From an uncultured Rhodospirillales bacterium (GTDB lineage Bacteria; Pseudomonadota; Alphaproteobacteria; UBA9219; RGZA01): DNA of 64,000 nucleotides. A program made the translations under genes and the position numbers. A model generated the notes under the pieces. It made no database searches and was not told the DNA's origin. It saw nothing but the letters and a program-made list of their open reading frames with translations. The DNA lies in assembly GCA_964568585.1 (NCBI GenBank), contig CAZMQI010000001.1, positions 103,900 to 167,899 on the forward strand, in the 5' to 3' direction. Positions within the stretch are counted from its first letter, which is position 1. Each line of letters begins with the position of its first letter. This document shows positions 53,301-63,039 of the stretch, piece after piece.

Positions 53301-56300
53301 ATGCGTACCTTTCCGAATACCATACCGAATGGGAAAGCGCCGGAAAGTGCGAAGGCACATCAGCTAACGACGCGCTCACTTGCACATTTACCCCAACAAA
53401 ATCGGGCACTTATCGCATTGTTGCAAAAATCAAAGATACGAAGGGTAATGATCACGCAACCACACTCAACACCTATGTCACGGGCAATGATTACGTGGTG
53501 TGGGATGATGAAAACGATAGCAGCCTGACCATCGTGCCGCAAAGCACCGACTACAAGGTGGGTGATACCGCGCGTTACTTGGTAAAAAATCCATACCCTG
53601 GCGCACAGGCATTGGTGACGATTGAACGTTACGGCGTGATCGAACATTTCGTACAAAAACTGGAAGGCTCCACACCCATCATCGAATTCAAGATTAAACC
53701 CGATTATCTGCCGGGCTTTTATCTCTCGGTTGTTGTCATGTCGCCGCGCGTTGAAAAACCACTTGGCGAAGGTCAGGTCGATTTGGGTAAACCCACCTTC
53801 CGCATGGGCTACATGACGGTTCCCGTCAAAGATCCGTATAAGGAGATGGTGATCACCGCCAAGACCGATAAGGATGTATATAAGCCGCGCGATAAGGTCA
53901 CCCTCACCCTTCATGCCGAACCACGCACCAAGGACAAGAAAGAACCCGTGGAGCTAACCGTGGCCGTGCTCGATGAATCCGTCTTTGATTTAATCGCTGG
54001 CGGCAAAAGTTATTTTGACCCGTATGAAGGCTTTTATAAGCTGGAAAGCCTTGATTTACGCAATTACAGCATCCTCACGCGTCTGGTTGGTCGCCAGAAG
54101 TTCGAGAAAAAAGGCGCCAATCCGGGCGGCGATGGCGGCAGTGATTTAAGCATGCGCTCGCTATTCAAATTCATCAGCTATTGGAATGGCCAACTCGTAA
54201 CCGACAAAGATGGCAATGCCACAGTCAGTTTCGATGCACCGGACAATCTGACGGGCTGGCGCGTGCTGGCAATCGCCACCACGCCATCCGACCGTTTTGG
54301 ATTGGGTGATGGAACCTTCAAGGTCAATCGCCCGACCGAAATCCGCCCCGTCATGCCGAACCAGTTGATGGAAGGTGATACCTTTAATGCAGGCTTTAGC
54401 GTCATGAACCGTACCGATAAGGAACGCACGATTGATGTACGTATTCATGTTGATGGCGCGGTCAATAATGACAAGCCGTTGGAAGATGTAACGAAGAAAA
54501 TCGTCCTTGGCCCATATAAACGCACAACGGTGTTTATGCCAGTTCAGGCTTCCATCTTGCCGCAATTCCGCGACAAACCTGTCGGCAACATGCTATTCTC
54601 TGTGAATGCAGGCGATGCGTTGGACAGTGATGGCATCGTGCATGAAGTGCATGTAAACAAGCGCCGCAGCCTTGATGTGGCCGCCAATTACGGCACAACA
54701 ACGCAAGATATGGCCGAAGAACATATCGAATTCCCCAAGGGCATTCTGACCGATACGGGAAGCGTTTCGGTTGTGGCCTCACCCACGGTCATCGGCAATA
54801 TTTCCGGTGCATTCGGATATATGCGTGATTATCCGTATCAATGCTGGGAACAAAAACTCAGTAAAGCGGTCATGGCATCGCATTACAAAAACTTGAAAGC
54901 CTATTTGCCAAACACGTTGAAATGGGATGAAAGCGCAAACTTGACGCAAGCCACGCTTGACCAAGCTGCAAGCTTCCAAGCCCAGAATGGCGGCATGGCG
55001 TATTTCATCGCGCAAGACGAATATGTCGACCCATACCTTAGCGCGTATACCGCCATCGCATTCAACTGGATGCGGAAGAGCGGGTATACGGTGCCGGAGC
55101 AAGTCGAAAACAAATTGCAAACTTACTTAAGCAATTTGCTCAAGAACAATGCTGTGCCTGACTTCTATTCCGAAGGCATGACATCCACCGTGCGTGCAGT
55201 TGCATTAGCTGCTTTGGCAGAACGCGGTAAAGCTGATTTAGCGGATTTACAGCGCTATCAACCGCATACCAAGAAGATGTCATTGTTCGGCAAAAGCTAT
55301 TTCTTGCAAGCAGCTTTGGCGATTAAAGGCGGCGAGAAATACGCACCAGACGTGGCTAAAATGATATTGGCGATGTCGAATGAAACCGGCGGCAAATACG
55401 TGTTCAGCGAAACATTGGACGATAGCTATACGCGTATTCTCGCCTCCCCGCTTCGCGAAAACTGCGCTGTGCTCGACGCATTCGTTGCATTTGGTGAACG
55501 CAAAGATGGCGAAGCATTAGTGGGCGATGTGCCGTTCAAACTGGTACGTACCATTACTGCGGGCCGCAAAAACCGCGACCATTGGGAAAACACGCAGGAG
55601 AACATGTTCTGCATGAATGCGCTCATCGACTTTGCCCGCGTCTATGAAAAGGATGCACCGCAATTCAAGGTAAAGGCTTCATTGGATGAAGAAGTCATTG
55701 GCAATGCCGTGTTCAAAGATGTGCGCGACCCAGCAGCAACGCTTGACCGCCCGATTAAACCGGGCGACCAGGGCCGCAAGGCAACCGTGAAGATTGAACG
55801 CACAGGCACGGGGCGTTTGTATTACGCAACGCGTTTGTCATACGCATTACCGATGGAAATGAGTAAGCCCGCCAATGCCGGTATCGAAATCCACCGTGAA
55901 TACAGCGTAGAACGTAACGGTAAGTGGGAATTGCTCAAAACTCCTGCTGCGGTTAAACGCGGTGAATTGGTGCGCGTTGACTTATATGTATCAGTCCCTG
56001 CTGCACGTAACTTCGTGGTGGTCGATGACGCCGTGCCGGGTGGTTTGGAACCTGTGAACCGCGATCTTGCCACCACATCCGAAGTTGATGCGAAGAAAGG
56101 TGATTTCCAAGCATCCGGCGGTTCGTTCTGGTTCAAATATTCCGACTGGATTGATTTCGCCGTTAACCGCTGGAGTTTCTATCATCAGGAAATCCGCCAT
56201 AGCAGTGTTCGCTTCTATTCCGATTATCTGGGTGCTGGCAATTACCATCTGTCCTACGCCGCGCAAGCGATTGCCACAGGAACGTTCAGTGCGTTGCCGA

Positions 56301-56392
56301 CCATGGCATCTGAAATGTACGATCCGGATGTTTATGGAAAAACCGAAGGCTTAAGTCTGACCGTCAGTGAACAAGAAGAGCCAAAGCCATAG
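50345..56392 (+). CDS. Bacterial alpha-2-macroglobulin (2015 aa)
   Basis: IYRAGD, PDNLTGWR, thioester motif YPYQCWEQ, ENTQEN, EMYDP; followed by pbpC. Confidence 0.93.
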   Translation: MRAAKLLFPVLFGLFGLLSAPLLAAYDTGGAPSTKSLEIIKITPEGEDVPAGKQIVVQFNRPVVPIGKMERSSSEIPIIIAPALSCEWRWINTSALACNLSDKEPLQSSTRYTIEVKPGIKTEDGTTIEKAYEHSFITERADIRYKEFQQWKSPSLPVVRLVFNQPVDQQSVAEHVYMHVGEPAKRVAVLVSADSDDQDQPTFMPIPGEKGALAFKKTAPKKSDDDLRKSGGREARRIWLVQPANELGPDQHIVVKLEAGLISALGTEKSVATNEIVQLDTYPEFKFLGVRCTNNAGEALVFAPGQSTEGKCNPMQVVNLAFSAPVERDKMGKMLAFTPPVGGWRRSADEDTENEGDSAPEVPAIGYQFRQPHTKDKTYEIWLPPGLKAAQEYQVKTRIETLGFVQRFGHWVMSLFGRSDVMDMKDIFGRSLKSSVASSFTTDHRNPNFVLDYSDAVLEKGVDSEVPLYINNITNYIMAYRRITNTGSEADLKFSKNTPEVKDIQFAIPLGVRDMLKGKSGAMFGYLTTTPSLGGTPPRLFAEVTPYQVHFKLGHFASLAWVTSLATGEPIVGAKLSLYQDAFTTLTESKTPDAKGVTDASGIALLPGTDTLDPELKISETYQDEDKRFFLKVEKDNEMALLPISYRFAINYYRSSGSEDIWPFNKQRYGHMRAWGTTAQGIYRAGDTIQYKVFLRNQDNDRFIPAPTKSYHLSVIDPMGKIVHDVKDITLSAFGGTDGSFTVPKEGAVGWYKFKLRASFIPGSEDTAETASEGEESSEVQDSDDGKSWTPMRVLVSDFTPAAFKVSNQLNGDLFHSDDKVEVTTHAELHSGGAYTDASARITAILDSSTFTSKNELAKAFQFDSYENEVTTQQLFQKIDKVGDKGELSLDFSAGKPKIVYGKLMVESAVADDRGKYVSGQAHADYIGVDRLVGLKSTQWVYSVGKPATIQYIVVDEHGNPIKGTKVAVAVEYKVTKAARVKGAGNAYLSEYHTEWESAGKCEGTSANDALTCTFTPTKSGTYRIVAKIKDTKGNDHATTLNTYVTGNDYVVWDDENDSSLTIVPQSTDYKVGDTARYLVKNPYPGAQALVTIERYGVIEHFVQKLEGSTPIIEFKIKPDYLPGFYLSVVVMSPRVEKPLGEGQVDLGKPTFRMGYMTVPVKDPYKEMVITAKTDKDVYKPRDKVTLTLHAEPRTKDKKEPVELTVAVLDESVFDLIAGGKSYFDPYEGFYKLESLDLRNYSILTRLVGRQKFEKKGANPGGDGGSDLSMRSLFKFISYWNGQLVTDKDGNATVSFDAPDNLTGWRVLAIATTPSDRFGLGDGTFKVNRPTEIRPVMPNQLMEGDTFNAGFSVMNRTDKERTIDVRIHVDGAVNNDKPLEDVTKKIVLGPYKRTTVFMPVQASILPQFRDKPVGNMLFSVNAGDALDSDGIVHEVHVNKRRSLDVAANYGTTTQDMAEEHIEFPKGILTDTGSVSVVASPTVIGNISGAFGYMRDYPYQCWEQKLSKAVMASHYKNLKAYLPNTLKWDESANLTQATLDQAASFQAQNGGMAYFIAQDEYVDPYLSAYTAIAFNWMRKSGYTVPEQVENKLQTYLSNLLKNNAVPDFYSEGMTSTVRAVALAALAERGKADLADLQRYQPHTKKMSLFGKSYFLQAALAIKGGEKYAPDVAKMILAMSNETGGKYVFSETLDDSYTRILASPLRENCAVLDAFVAFGERKDGEALVGDVPFKLVRTITAGRKNRDHWENTQENMFCMNALIDFARVYEKDAPQFKVKASLDEEVIGNAVFKDVRDPAATLDRPIKPGDQGRKATVKIERTGTGRLYYATRLSYALPMEMSKPANAGIEIHREYSVERNGKWELLKTPAAVKRGELVRVDLYVSVPAARNFVVVDDAVPGGLEPVNRDLATTSEVDAKKGDFQASGGSFWFKYSDWIDFAVNRWSFYHQEIRHSSVRFYSDYLGAGNYHLSYAAQAIATGTFSALPTMASEMYDPDVYGKTEGLSLTVSEQEEPKP

Positions 56393-56399
56393 GTGGCAA

Positions 56400-58583
56400 A
56401 TGAAGCTGCAACGCATCATGTCTTATGCCGTTCGTGCGCTTGCATTGTGCGTGGCGGTACTCGTCATCAAAACGGTGTGGGATGTGCAAACGCCCAGCCT
56501 ATCGCTACGTAATCTCTCGGCAGATGTTGGTCGCTTTCAAGTATTGGATCGGCGCGGCGTGCCCTTGGGTATATCCTATCAAAACACTTATAATACCGCA
56601 CAGATAGTGCCATTACATGTTATCCCCGAACCGTTGCGGCAGGCATTTGTTACATCCGAAGACAGGCATTTTTTTGAACATCACGGGGTTGATTGGAATG
56701 CGCGGGCACAGGCCATTTGGCAAAATATACGTGCGCGCAAAGCCGTACGTGGCGCCAGCACCATCACCGAACAAGTCGTACGTATCATTCACCCGCGCCC
56801 ACGCACCATTTGGTCACGCTGGGTCGAAGGGTTTGAAGCAAGCTTGTTAGAAATGCATGCCAGCAAAGGTGACATTCTGGAATTTTATTTAAATCAGGTT
56901 CCGTATGCCGCAAACCGCCGCGGCATCGCGCAAGCTGCACGTTATTATTTCAACCGCGATGTCGATACATTGACACATAAGGAAATGTTAGCACTGGCAG
57001 TATTACCCCGCGCGCCATCCGCGCTTGATTTATATAAAAGTCAGGAAATAATCGAGCCAAGCATCGCACGCCTTGCCGATGCGATGCAAAACCGCGGCGA
57101 AATTTCAAACGAAGAAGCACAGCAGTTAAAAGCTGAACCCATTGCACTGGAACAATCGGAACAGCCGCTTAATGCCACACATTTTATCAATTATATTCGT
57201 GAAACCATCCCCTACCGCGTCAGCGATAACGGGGAGCTAGTCACAACACTAGACGGTACGCTGCAAAGCCGCGCGCAAAACCTTCTGGAAGAACGGCTGA
57301 AAGCATTATCGCGCAAACATGTGCAGCATGGAGCAGCCATGGTGGTCGATCCCAATAGCGGTGAAATCCTCGCATGGGTTGTGGGCAGCGGGCCAAATAC
57401 TAAAACAGGCCAGCATATTGATGCCGTGCGCGTGCCACGCCAACCTGGCTCATCACTGAAACCTTTTCTATATGCGCTTGCGCTGGATTCAGGTTGGTCG
57501 CCAGCAACCATATTGGATGATGCCCCCATGGCGGAAGCCATTGGTTCCGGCCTGCATGATTTTCATAATTACAGCCGTACCTTTTATGGAAAGATTTCAT
57601 TACGTGAAGCATTGGGTAATTCACTCAATATTCCTGCACTGGAAACCATTGGCTTTGTAACACCCACGCGTTATCTGGATACGCTGCATGCATTGAATTT
57701 TGAAAGCCTTACCCAACCGGTTGAATTTTATAAGGAAGGTCTGGCGCTGGGAAATGGCGAAGTGTCCTTATATGAAATGATGCAGGCTTATGCTGCTTTG
57801 GCCAATCGCGGCGTATTCCGCCAGCTCACCCCATTACCGCAACCACCCTTCACGCGTGAAAGCCGCCGTGTTTATTCGGCAGAAAGCGCATCGCTGATTG
57901 GTAATATTCTATCCGATCCCTTCGCACGCAGGCGTGAATTTGGCTCGGGCAGTGTACTCAATCTGCCTGTGCAAACAGCGGTGAAAACCGGAACATCGTC
58001 CGATTATCACGATGCGTGGGTGTTTGGTTATAATTCGCGCTTTCTGGTGGGGGTATGGATTGGCAATCTGGATCAATCTCCGATGGATGGCATAACGGGT
58101 TCAACAGGACCAGCATTAGTCATGCGCGGCATATTTGCAGCGCTGAACGATGGCACACCTGCATCCCCGCTTTATATGAGCCCGAAATTGGTGCGTAAAG
58201 AAATCTGCGCGAACGGCGATGAGTTATCAAAAAACACATCATGCTATCCACATACCGAATATTTCATCGCTGGCTCGGAACCAAAAAACGAACCACGCGC
58301 AGCCATTACCAAAGGCATTAATCTGGTTCGCCCCACCGAAGGATTACAAATCGCATACGACCCGCGCATCAAACCGGAAAGCCAGGCCTTCGAATTCGTC
58401 AGCAATGGTATTCCCGATAACCACAGTGTTGAATGGCTATTAAATGGCGAGCCATTAGCAAGCACCAAAAACAGGCGGTTTTTATGGCCTGTTAAACGCG
58501 GAAAATACACACTTCAAGCGCGGGAATTTGATTCCAACAACACATTGCTTTCATCAGATTCCGTTCATTTTCACGTGAAATGA
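56400..58583 (+). CDS. pbpC: Penicillin-binding protein 1C
   Basis: EDRHF, GASTITEQ, GSSLKPF (SxxK), SLN, KTGT; downstream of alpha-2-macroglobulin. Confidence 0.92.
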   Translation: MKLQRIMSYAVRALALCVAVLVIKTVWDVQTPSLSLRNLSADVGRFQVLDRRGVPLGISYQNTYNTAQIVPLHVIPEPLRQAFVTSEDRHFFEHHGVDWNARAQAIWQNIRARKAVRGASTITEQVVRIIHPRPRTIWSRWVEGFEASLLEMHASKGDILEFYLNQVPYAANRRGIAQAARYYFNRDVDTLTHKEMLALAVLPRAPSALDLYKSQEIIEPSIARLADAMQNRGEISNEEAQQLKAEPIALEQSEQPLNATHFINYIRETIPYRVSDNGELVTTLDGTLQSRAQNLLEERLKALSRKHVQHGAAMVVDPNSGEILAWVVGSGPNTKTGQHIDAVRVPRQPGSSLKPFLYALALDSGWSPATILDDAPMAEAIGSGLHDFHNYSRTFYGKISLREALGNSLNIPALETIGFVTPTRYLDTLHALNFESLTQPVEFYKEGLALGNGEVSLYEMMQAYAALANRGVFRQLTPLPQPPFTRESRRVYSAESASLIGNILSDPFARRREFGSGSVLNLPVQTAVKTGTSSDYHDAWVFGYNSRFLVGVWIGNLDQSPMDGITGSTGPALVMRGIFAALNDGTPASPLYMSPKLVRKEICANGDELSKNTSCYPHTEYFIAGSEPKNEPRAAITKGINLVRPTEGLQIAYDPRIKPESQAFEFVSNGIPDNHSVEWLLNGEPLASTKNRRFLWPVKRGKYTLQAREFDSNNTLLSSDSVHFHVK

Positions 58584-58741
58584 TATCAGTATAAAGGATC
58601 CATAAAGATGCCATTTTAAACGGCAATCGTTTTACAAAAATAACACGCGCTCGCCTTATTTGCGTCTAATTGACAGCCCAGATTCTAAATCATCCCGATT
58701 GTTCTTATGCATCGGGGCAACATCAACAAAGGGTTCTCACC

Positions 58742-59293
58742 ATGTTCGCACTACCTCGCTTCGTTAAATACTCTGCGCTTGCATTATTGCTCAGCAGCTC
58801 CGCGATGGCACTCCCTGCTTATGCTGTTGTGAATAAAGGTGCACCCGTACCTGAAGCAACATCAACCCAACACCGTCACCGTCACGCAGGTCGCATGCAT
58901 CATGAATTCAGCATGAAAGATCGTGTTGAAGCGCGCATCAAAGATTTGCATGACGCCATTGGTGTAACACCAGACCAAGAATCCGACTGGAACGATGTGG
59001 CACAAGCCATGCGCGAAAGCGAATTTGGTGTTAGCAACCTCATCAAAGCGCGTCACAGAAACGCCGAACATTCAAATGCGATTGATGATATCAAGTCATA
59101 TCAACGGATTTCACAAGCACATGCCGATGGGATGTCGAAATTCGTAGACGCGTTTGAACCGTTCTATTCCGAACTGTCACCTGAACAAAAAGAAAAGGCT
59201 GACGCGTTCTTCCACAACTTCCAAAAACGTGGCCCTGGCATGCATAAGGCAAGCATGAAGCACGGCACAACATCCGCCGTAAAAGTTAAGTAA
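58742..59293 (+). CDS. Spy/CpxP-family (LTXXQ) periplasmic protein
   Basis: Signal peptide; VTPDQESDW, FYSELSPEQKEKAD. Confidence 0.85.
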   Translation: MFALPRFVKYSALALLLSSSAMALPAYAVVNKGAPVPEATSTQHRHRHAGRMHHEFSMKDRVEARIKDLHDAIGVTPDQESDWNDVAQAMRESEFGVSNLIKARHRNAEHSNAIDDIKSYQRISQAHADGMSKFVDAFEPFYSELSPEQKEKADAFFHNFQKRGPGMHKASMKHGTTSAVKVK

Positions 59294-59319
59294 AGCAATC
59301 AACACAAAGGAGATAGCTG

Positions 59320-59772
59320 ATGATTAACGAAAAAACTACAAAGGCTCGCTTTAAAAAGACGACACTCGCACTTGCGCTTGCCGCAGTTGTGATGTCGTCC
59401 ATGGCGATGCCTGCAATGGCGGCACCCCATGATGATCGTGGCCGTGGCCGTGATATTCACTGGAACAACGACCGCCACGACAATGGCAACCATTACGGTC
59501 AACGTAAACGTGTTGTGCGTCCAGCGCCCCATTACCGCATGCACGATGATCGTGCATGGCGCCAAGGTCGCTGGCAACGCACACGCTATAACGGACGTTA
59601 TGGTTGGTATTGGGTTGTTGGAAAAGACTATCGTTACTATAACGCACCCGTCTATCCATACCCTGTAAACCCATATGCTACGGAAGTTGTATACGCACCA
59701 CCTGTGGTCGTTGCGCCTCCTCCAGAACCGTCGGCTGGTATTAATTTCATATTCCCGCTGCACTTCCGTTAA
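59320..59772 (+). CDS. Exported His/Arg-rich and Pro/Tyr-rich small protein
   Basis: AAGGAG RBS; signal peptide ending AMA; GWYWVV, VVYAPPVVVAPPP. Confidence 0.8.
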   Translation: MINEKTTKARFKKTTLALALAAVVMSSMAMPAMAAPHDDRGRGRDIHWNNDRHDNGNHYGQRKRVVRPAPHYRMHDDRAWRQGRWQRTRYNGRYGWYWVVGKDYRYYNAPVYPYPVNPYATEVVYAPPVVVAPPPEPSAGINFIFPLHFR

Positions 59773-59799
59773 GCGGAACATACGTTAGAGTGAGCGTTG

Positions 59800-59830
59800 A
59801 AAAGGCTGCCTGGAAACAGGCAGCCTTTTT
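59800..59830 (+). terminator. Intrinsic terminator (potentially bidirectional)
   Basis: AAAAGGCTGCCTG-GAAA-CAGGCAGCCTTTTT perfect hairpin. Confidence 0.92.
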
Positions 59831-59918
59831 GCATGTATATGGAAAGTAAAAATTTACCGATGATGATTTAAGCCTTTAAACATTGAAGGTTTGGGCCTAT
59901 TAATCCCTATTAATTCAG

Positions 59919-59947
59919 TTGACAATCAATGCTTTCAACCTTAAATT
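59919..59947 (+). promoter_or_regulatory. Putative sigma70 promoter of SAM-II leader 2
   Basis: TTGACA 59919-59924, 17-nt spacer, TAAATT 59942-59947. Confidence 0.65.
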
Positions 59948-59976
59948 CAAGTCATGCTTTTTGAATAAAAAAGCAT

Positions 59977-60025
59977 CGCGGGATTTGAGGGCTTGCTTGC
60001 AACCGCGTCATCAAGTGCTAAAGCG
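59977..60025 (+). ncRNA. SAM-II (SAM-alpha) riboswitch aptamer, copy 2
   Basis: P1 CGCGG/CCGCG enclosing GATTTG...GCTTGCA, then CAAGTGCTAAAGC; P1 covaries with copy 1. Confidence 0.8.
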
Positions 60026-60262
60026 CTATAGCTGGAGGGGTTTCGTGATGCCTCTCATTTGAAAACGCAGTTTGTGAAACGCCTTTTCAAGCTCAGCTGT
60101 AGTCCCTCCAAATAACAGTTCGGGGTTTCATTCGCTCCTTCGGGTTTCATTTGCCCATGTTGTTTGTGAGATGTGATGTACAGCATGGGCGGTTCGTCTT
60201 TCCTTATAGACACAACCCCACATTCTCTAACGCGCTGTTTTGTGCGCGTTGGCAAATTTTAT
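60026..60262 (+). ncRNA. Structured extension of SAM-II leader 2
   Basis: CTATAGCTG/CAGCTGTAG closing stem; GAGGGG/CCTCTC and TTGAAAA/TTTTCAA hairpins; GCCCATGTTGT/ACAGCATGGGC stem; CTAACGCGC/GCGCGTTGG hairpin. Confidence 0.6.
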
Positions 60263-60303
60263 GTTTGTGCATCAAACGTATTTTTTAATCATGTGGAACT
60301 GTT

Positions 60304-63009
60304 ATGAGCGCACTAACCAACTTAAAAAAATCATTCAACCCGCTGAACCAGCATGGAGTATGGGCGCATAATGCGTTCAACACTGCATTGGATGATGCCG
60401 CAGGCACGATTGTAATTGCCAAAGACGGCACCATCCCGTTCATTACCAGCCAGCTCATCTCGCGTGAAGTACGTATTATTGGAAACGTTCAAATCGCCAA
60501 TGATGTTACCATCCGCCGCCAATCCGAAGTAATTGGCAGCGACCAACGCGGAACTGTTTTAAAACAATATTCGCTATTAATGGATTATTGCACCGTGCGC
60601 GACAGCACGCTGGAAGAAGGCGCAGGCTTTGCACATGGCGGTATCTCTGAAAACGCAACATGGGGCGCATGGTCATTCGCCAATATTGCGCCTGTGTTGA
60701 ATGGCACCCCTGAACACCCCATCACGGTTGAACCCGGCGCCTATATCGGTCCCGGCGTTTCCGTGCCAAAAGGCGCGCTGATTCATGCTGATAATTACTA
60801 TCTCGGAACCCCTGCGATTATTTTGCCCAGAACCGAACTTGATCAAGACACCCTTATTCCAAAGCAAGGTTGGGACAAGTTTTATGCGGGACAAGATGAC
60901 GAAGGCGATGCCATTTTCCGTCCTATCTTCTTTTCCGAAACTGATTTTGACTGGCTGAATGCGAAGACCGAACATCTACTCACCCTTGAACAAGGCAGCG
61001 ATGAATACAAAACAACTGCCAAAGCGATAGATCGCAAACTAAAACATGTATGGCGTTTGGATCGTCGCCCGCATCAGCTATCGCCATTCGGCAATTACGA
61101 TACCACCGAACTTGCCGATGTCGGCGTTGAAAGCTGGATTAATAATCAGGACCGTAATCTGGTGCATCGCCCCACCCTTGCCAACTGGCTGTGGTTCTAC
61201 CATCAAACCCAACACATCAAACAAGTTGCCTATCAGCAGGAAGCAGCCAAGCAACATGGCGATATTGTATGGCACAATGCGCCGCTGCAATCTGAAGTCC
61301 TGCATCTTGACCGCGCACAACGCATTCTGATTGCGACCAACAATCATGATATTCAAGATTTACAAAACCTGATTAAAGCGAAATTGTTCCTGCTTGGTGC
61401 GTATAAGCCAAAAGCAGACGAACACGCTGCATTGAACGATGCATTCCTGAATGCCAATATTATCATCAACAATGTGCAGCAGGCACTAACCGCCATCGCC
61501 GATGATGTGAACATCACCGTGCACCGCCAAGCAGTGATTGATCATGCATTGAAGCCTGTCAGCACCGCAGACCGCGTTGTGTTCACCGTTGATGCGCTGG
61601 AACGCACGACGCTCAGCGCACGTCTGGGTGAATTCGCAGCCATCTATGCCCATGTACCGCAAGCAAGCCAGAACATTCAACTGCGGGCAGATGCGCCACG
61701 CACCAACAGCACCATTGAAATCCCCGCATGGATTTTAGCAGTTAATGCTAACCGCACCAATTTCGTGACTTTGGCCGATGGCCCACATGTGCGTAGTTTT
61801 GCTGGCCATGTTCCGGTGATTGAAGATGGCGCAATCTTGCTTGGCAATGTTGACCTCAGTGGCGCTGTGCATCTGGATGGCGGCGTTGTACTAAAAAATG
61901 GCAGCGTATGCTCCGAACAATCCACCGCGCCTGTCACCATTCTTGGCAAATCCTATATCGAAGGTGCCATCACCCACACCGCAACCAAAGAACAAGCACC
62001 GGTTCTGGTTGATGGCCGCGTTGGCCCCATCGTCATCAAAGGCGGCCATATTCACGGCGCAGAAATTGATGCCTACACCTATAGCGAAGATGCCTTGCTG
62101 TCGGATGAAGCACTTATCAGAGGTGTTGTCGCCAAAGGCGCGATGAATATCGGCCAAAAGCATGCACGCAGCGCCAGCGAAAACGGCCAATTGGTATTCG
62201 AAGGCGGCAGCCCCAGCAAAAACGTGTTGAAAGAAGGTGGCAACGCATTGGCCGCGTATCACCAATGGTGGAATAAGCATCCCCATTTCAAGGATTTGCC
62301 ATTGGAAGAAGACGCGGTGAAGCAGCGCATTGCAGAAATCCATTCCAACGAATATGCCAACGCGCAACAAGAATTGGCCGACAAGGTTCGTGAACACGGC
62401 CCCTTATACAAAATCTCCGCCCCCCTCCAAGCCGCGATTTTCAATCTGACGCACGGTGCAGAAATCTTCGAAAAGCAAGGCGATGCACGCAATGCCGCCG
62501 AACTTCGCCTCCATATCGAAGGGATTGAATACCTGCTTGGGGCACGTGATACCCTTTCTGTTGGAGCTGCTGAACGGTTGGAAGCCAAGGGCAATCTAAG
62601 CCGCGCTGTACTTGCCTTGCAGGCTATCGGCAAGCGTGATGAAGTGATTGAGATTGCAAACTGGAACGACAGCGCATCTCCATACAGCTATACCCATGCC
62701 GATGCACTCGCTTTAGCGAAAAGCAGTCACCGCCCTATCACTGAAATCGCGCAACGCAATTTTGATCTGGCGGATGATGCACGTTTGAAAGGCGAAGCGG
62801 ATGTCAAACACGCCATGACTCCAGAGGATGCAATTAAACGCGGCCTTCGCGATACGGTGGATTACTATCCAAAACACATCACCTTGATTGCCCAGGGCAT
62901 CGACCATATCCCCACCTTGCTGGCACAAATACGCGCCGCCGCAGCAAATGTGGTGCATTTATCGCAGCAACATCGCAATATTGCAGCGACCCCCACTTTG
63001 ACCTTATAA
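60304..63009 (+). CDS. 901-aa protein with two divergent left-handed beta-helix (gamma-carbonic-anhydrase/CaiE/PaaY-like) domains
   Basis: RIIGNVQIANDVTI...GAYIGPGVSVPKGALI...LGTPA and VRSFAGHVPVIEDGAILLGNVDLSGAVHLDG...HIHGAEI, separated by helical segments. Confidence 0.7.
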   Translation: MSALTNLKKSFNPLNQHGVWAHNAFNTALDDAAGTIVIAKDGTIPFITSQLISREVRIIGNVQIANDVTIRRQSEVIGSDQRGTVLKQYSLLMDYCTVRDSTLEEGAGFAHGGISENATWGAWSFANIAPVLNGTPEHPITVEPGAYIGPGVSVPKGALIHADNYYLGTPAIILPRTELDQDTLIPKQGWDKFYAGQDDEGDAIFRPIFFSETDFDWLNAKTEHLLTLEQGSDEYKTTAKAIDRKLKHVWRLDRRPHQLSPFGNYDTTELADVGVESWINNQDRNLVHRPTLANWLWFYHQTQHIKQVAYQQEAAKQHGDIVWHNAPLQSEVLHLDRAQRILIATNNHDIQDLQNLIKAKLFLLGAYKPKADEHAALNDAFLNANIIINNVQQALTAIADDVNITVHRQAVIDHALKPVSTADRVVFTVDALERTTLSARLGEFAAIYAHVPQASQNIQLRADAPRTNSTIEIPAWILAVNANRTNFVTLADGPHVRSFAGHVPVIEDGAILLGNVDLSGAVHLDGGVVLKNGSVCSEQSTAPVTILGKSYIEGAITHTATKEQAPVLVDGRVGPIVIKGGHIHGAEIDAYTYSEDALLSDEALIRGVVAKGAMNIGQKHARSASENGQLVFEGGSPSKNVLKEGGNALAAYHQWWNKHPHFKDLPLEEDAVKQRIAEIHSNEYANAQQELADKVREHGPLYKISAPLQAAIFNLTHGAEIFEKQGDARNAAELRLHIEGIEYLLGARDTLSVGAAERLEAKGNLSRAVLALQAIGKRDEVIEIANWNDSASPYSYTHADALALAKSSHRPITEIAQRNFDLADDARLKGEADVKHAMTPEDAIKRGLRDTVDYYPKHITLIAQGIDHIPTLLAQIRAAAANVVHLSQQHRNIAATPTLTL

Positions 63010-63039
63010 CTATTACGGTATTTAAACAGGAGAAAGCAT

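Noticed and set aside
60026-60102. Hammerhead ribozyme in the three-way junction
   Set aside because: The CUGANGA and GAAA core nucleotides are not in junction positions in either copy.
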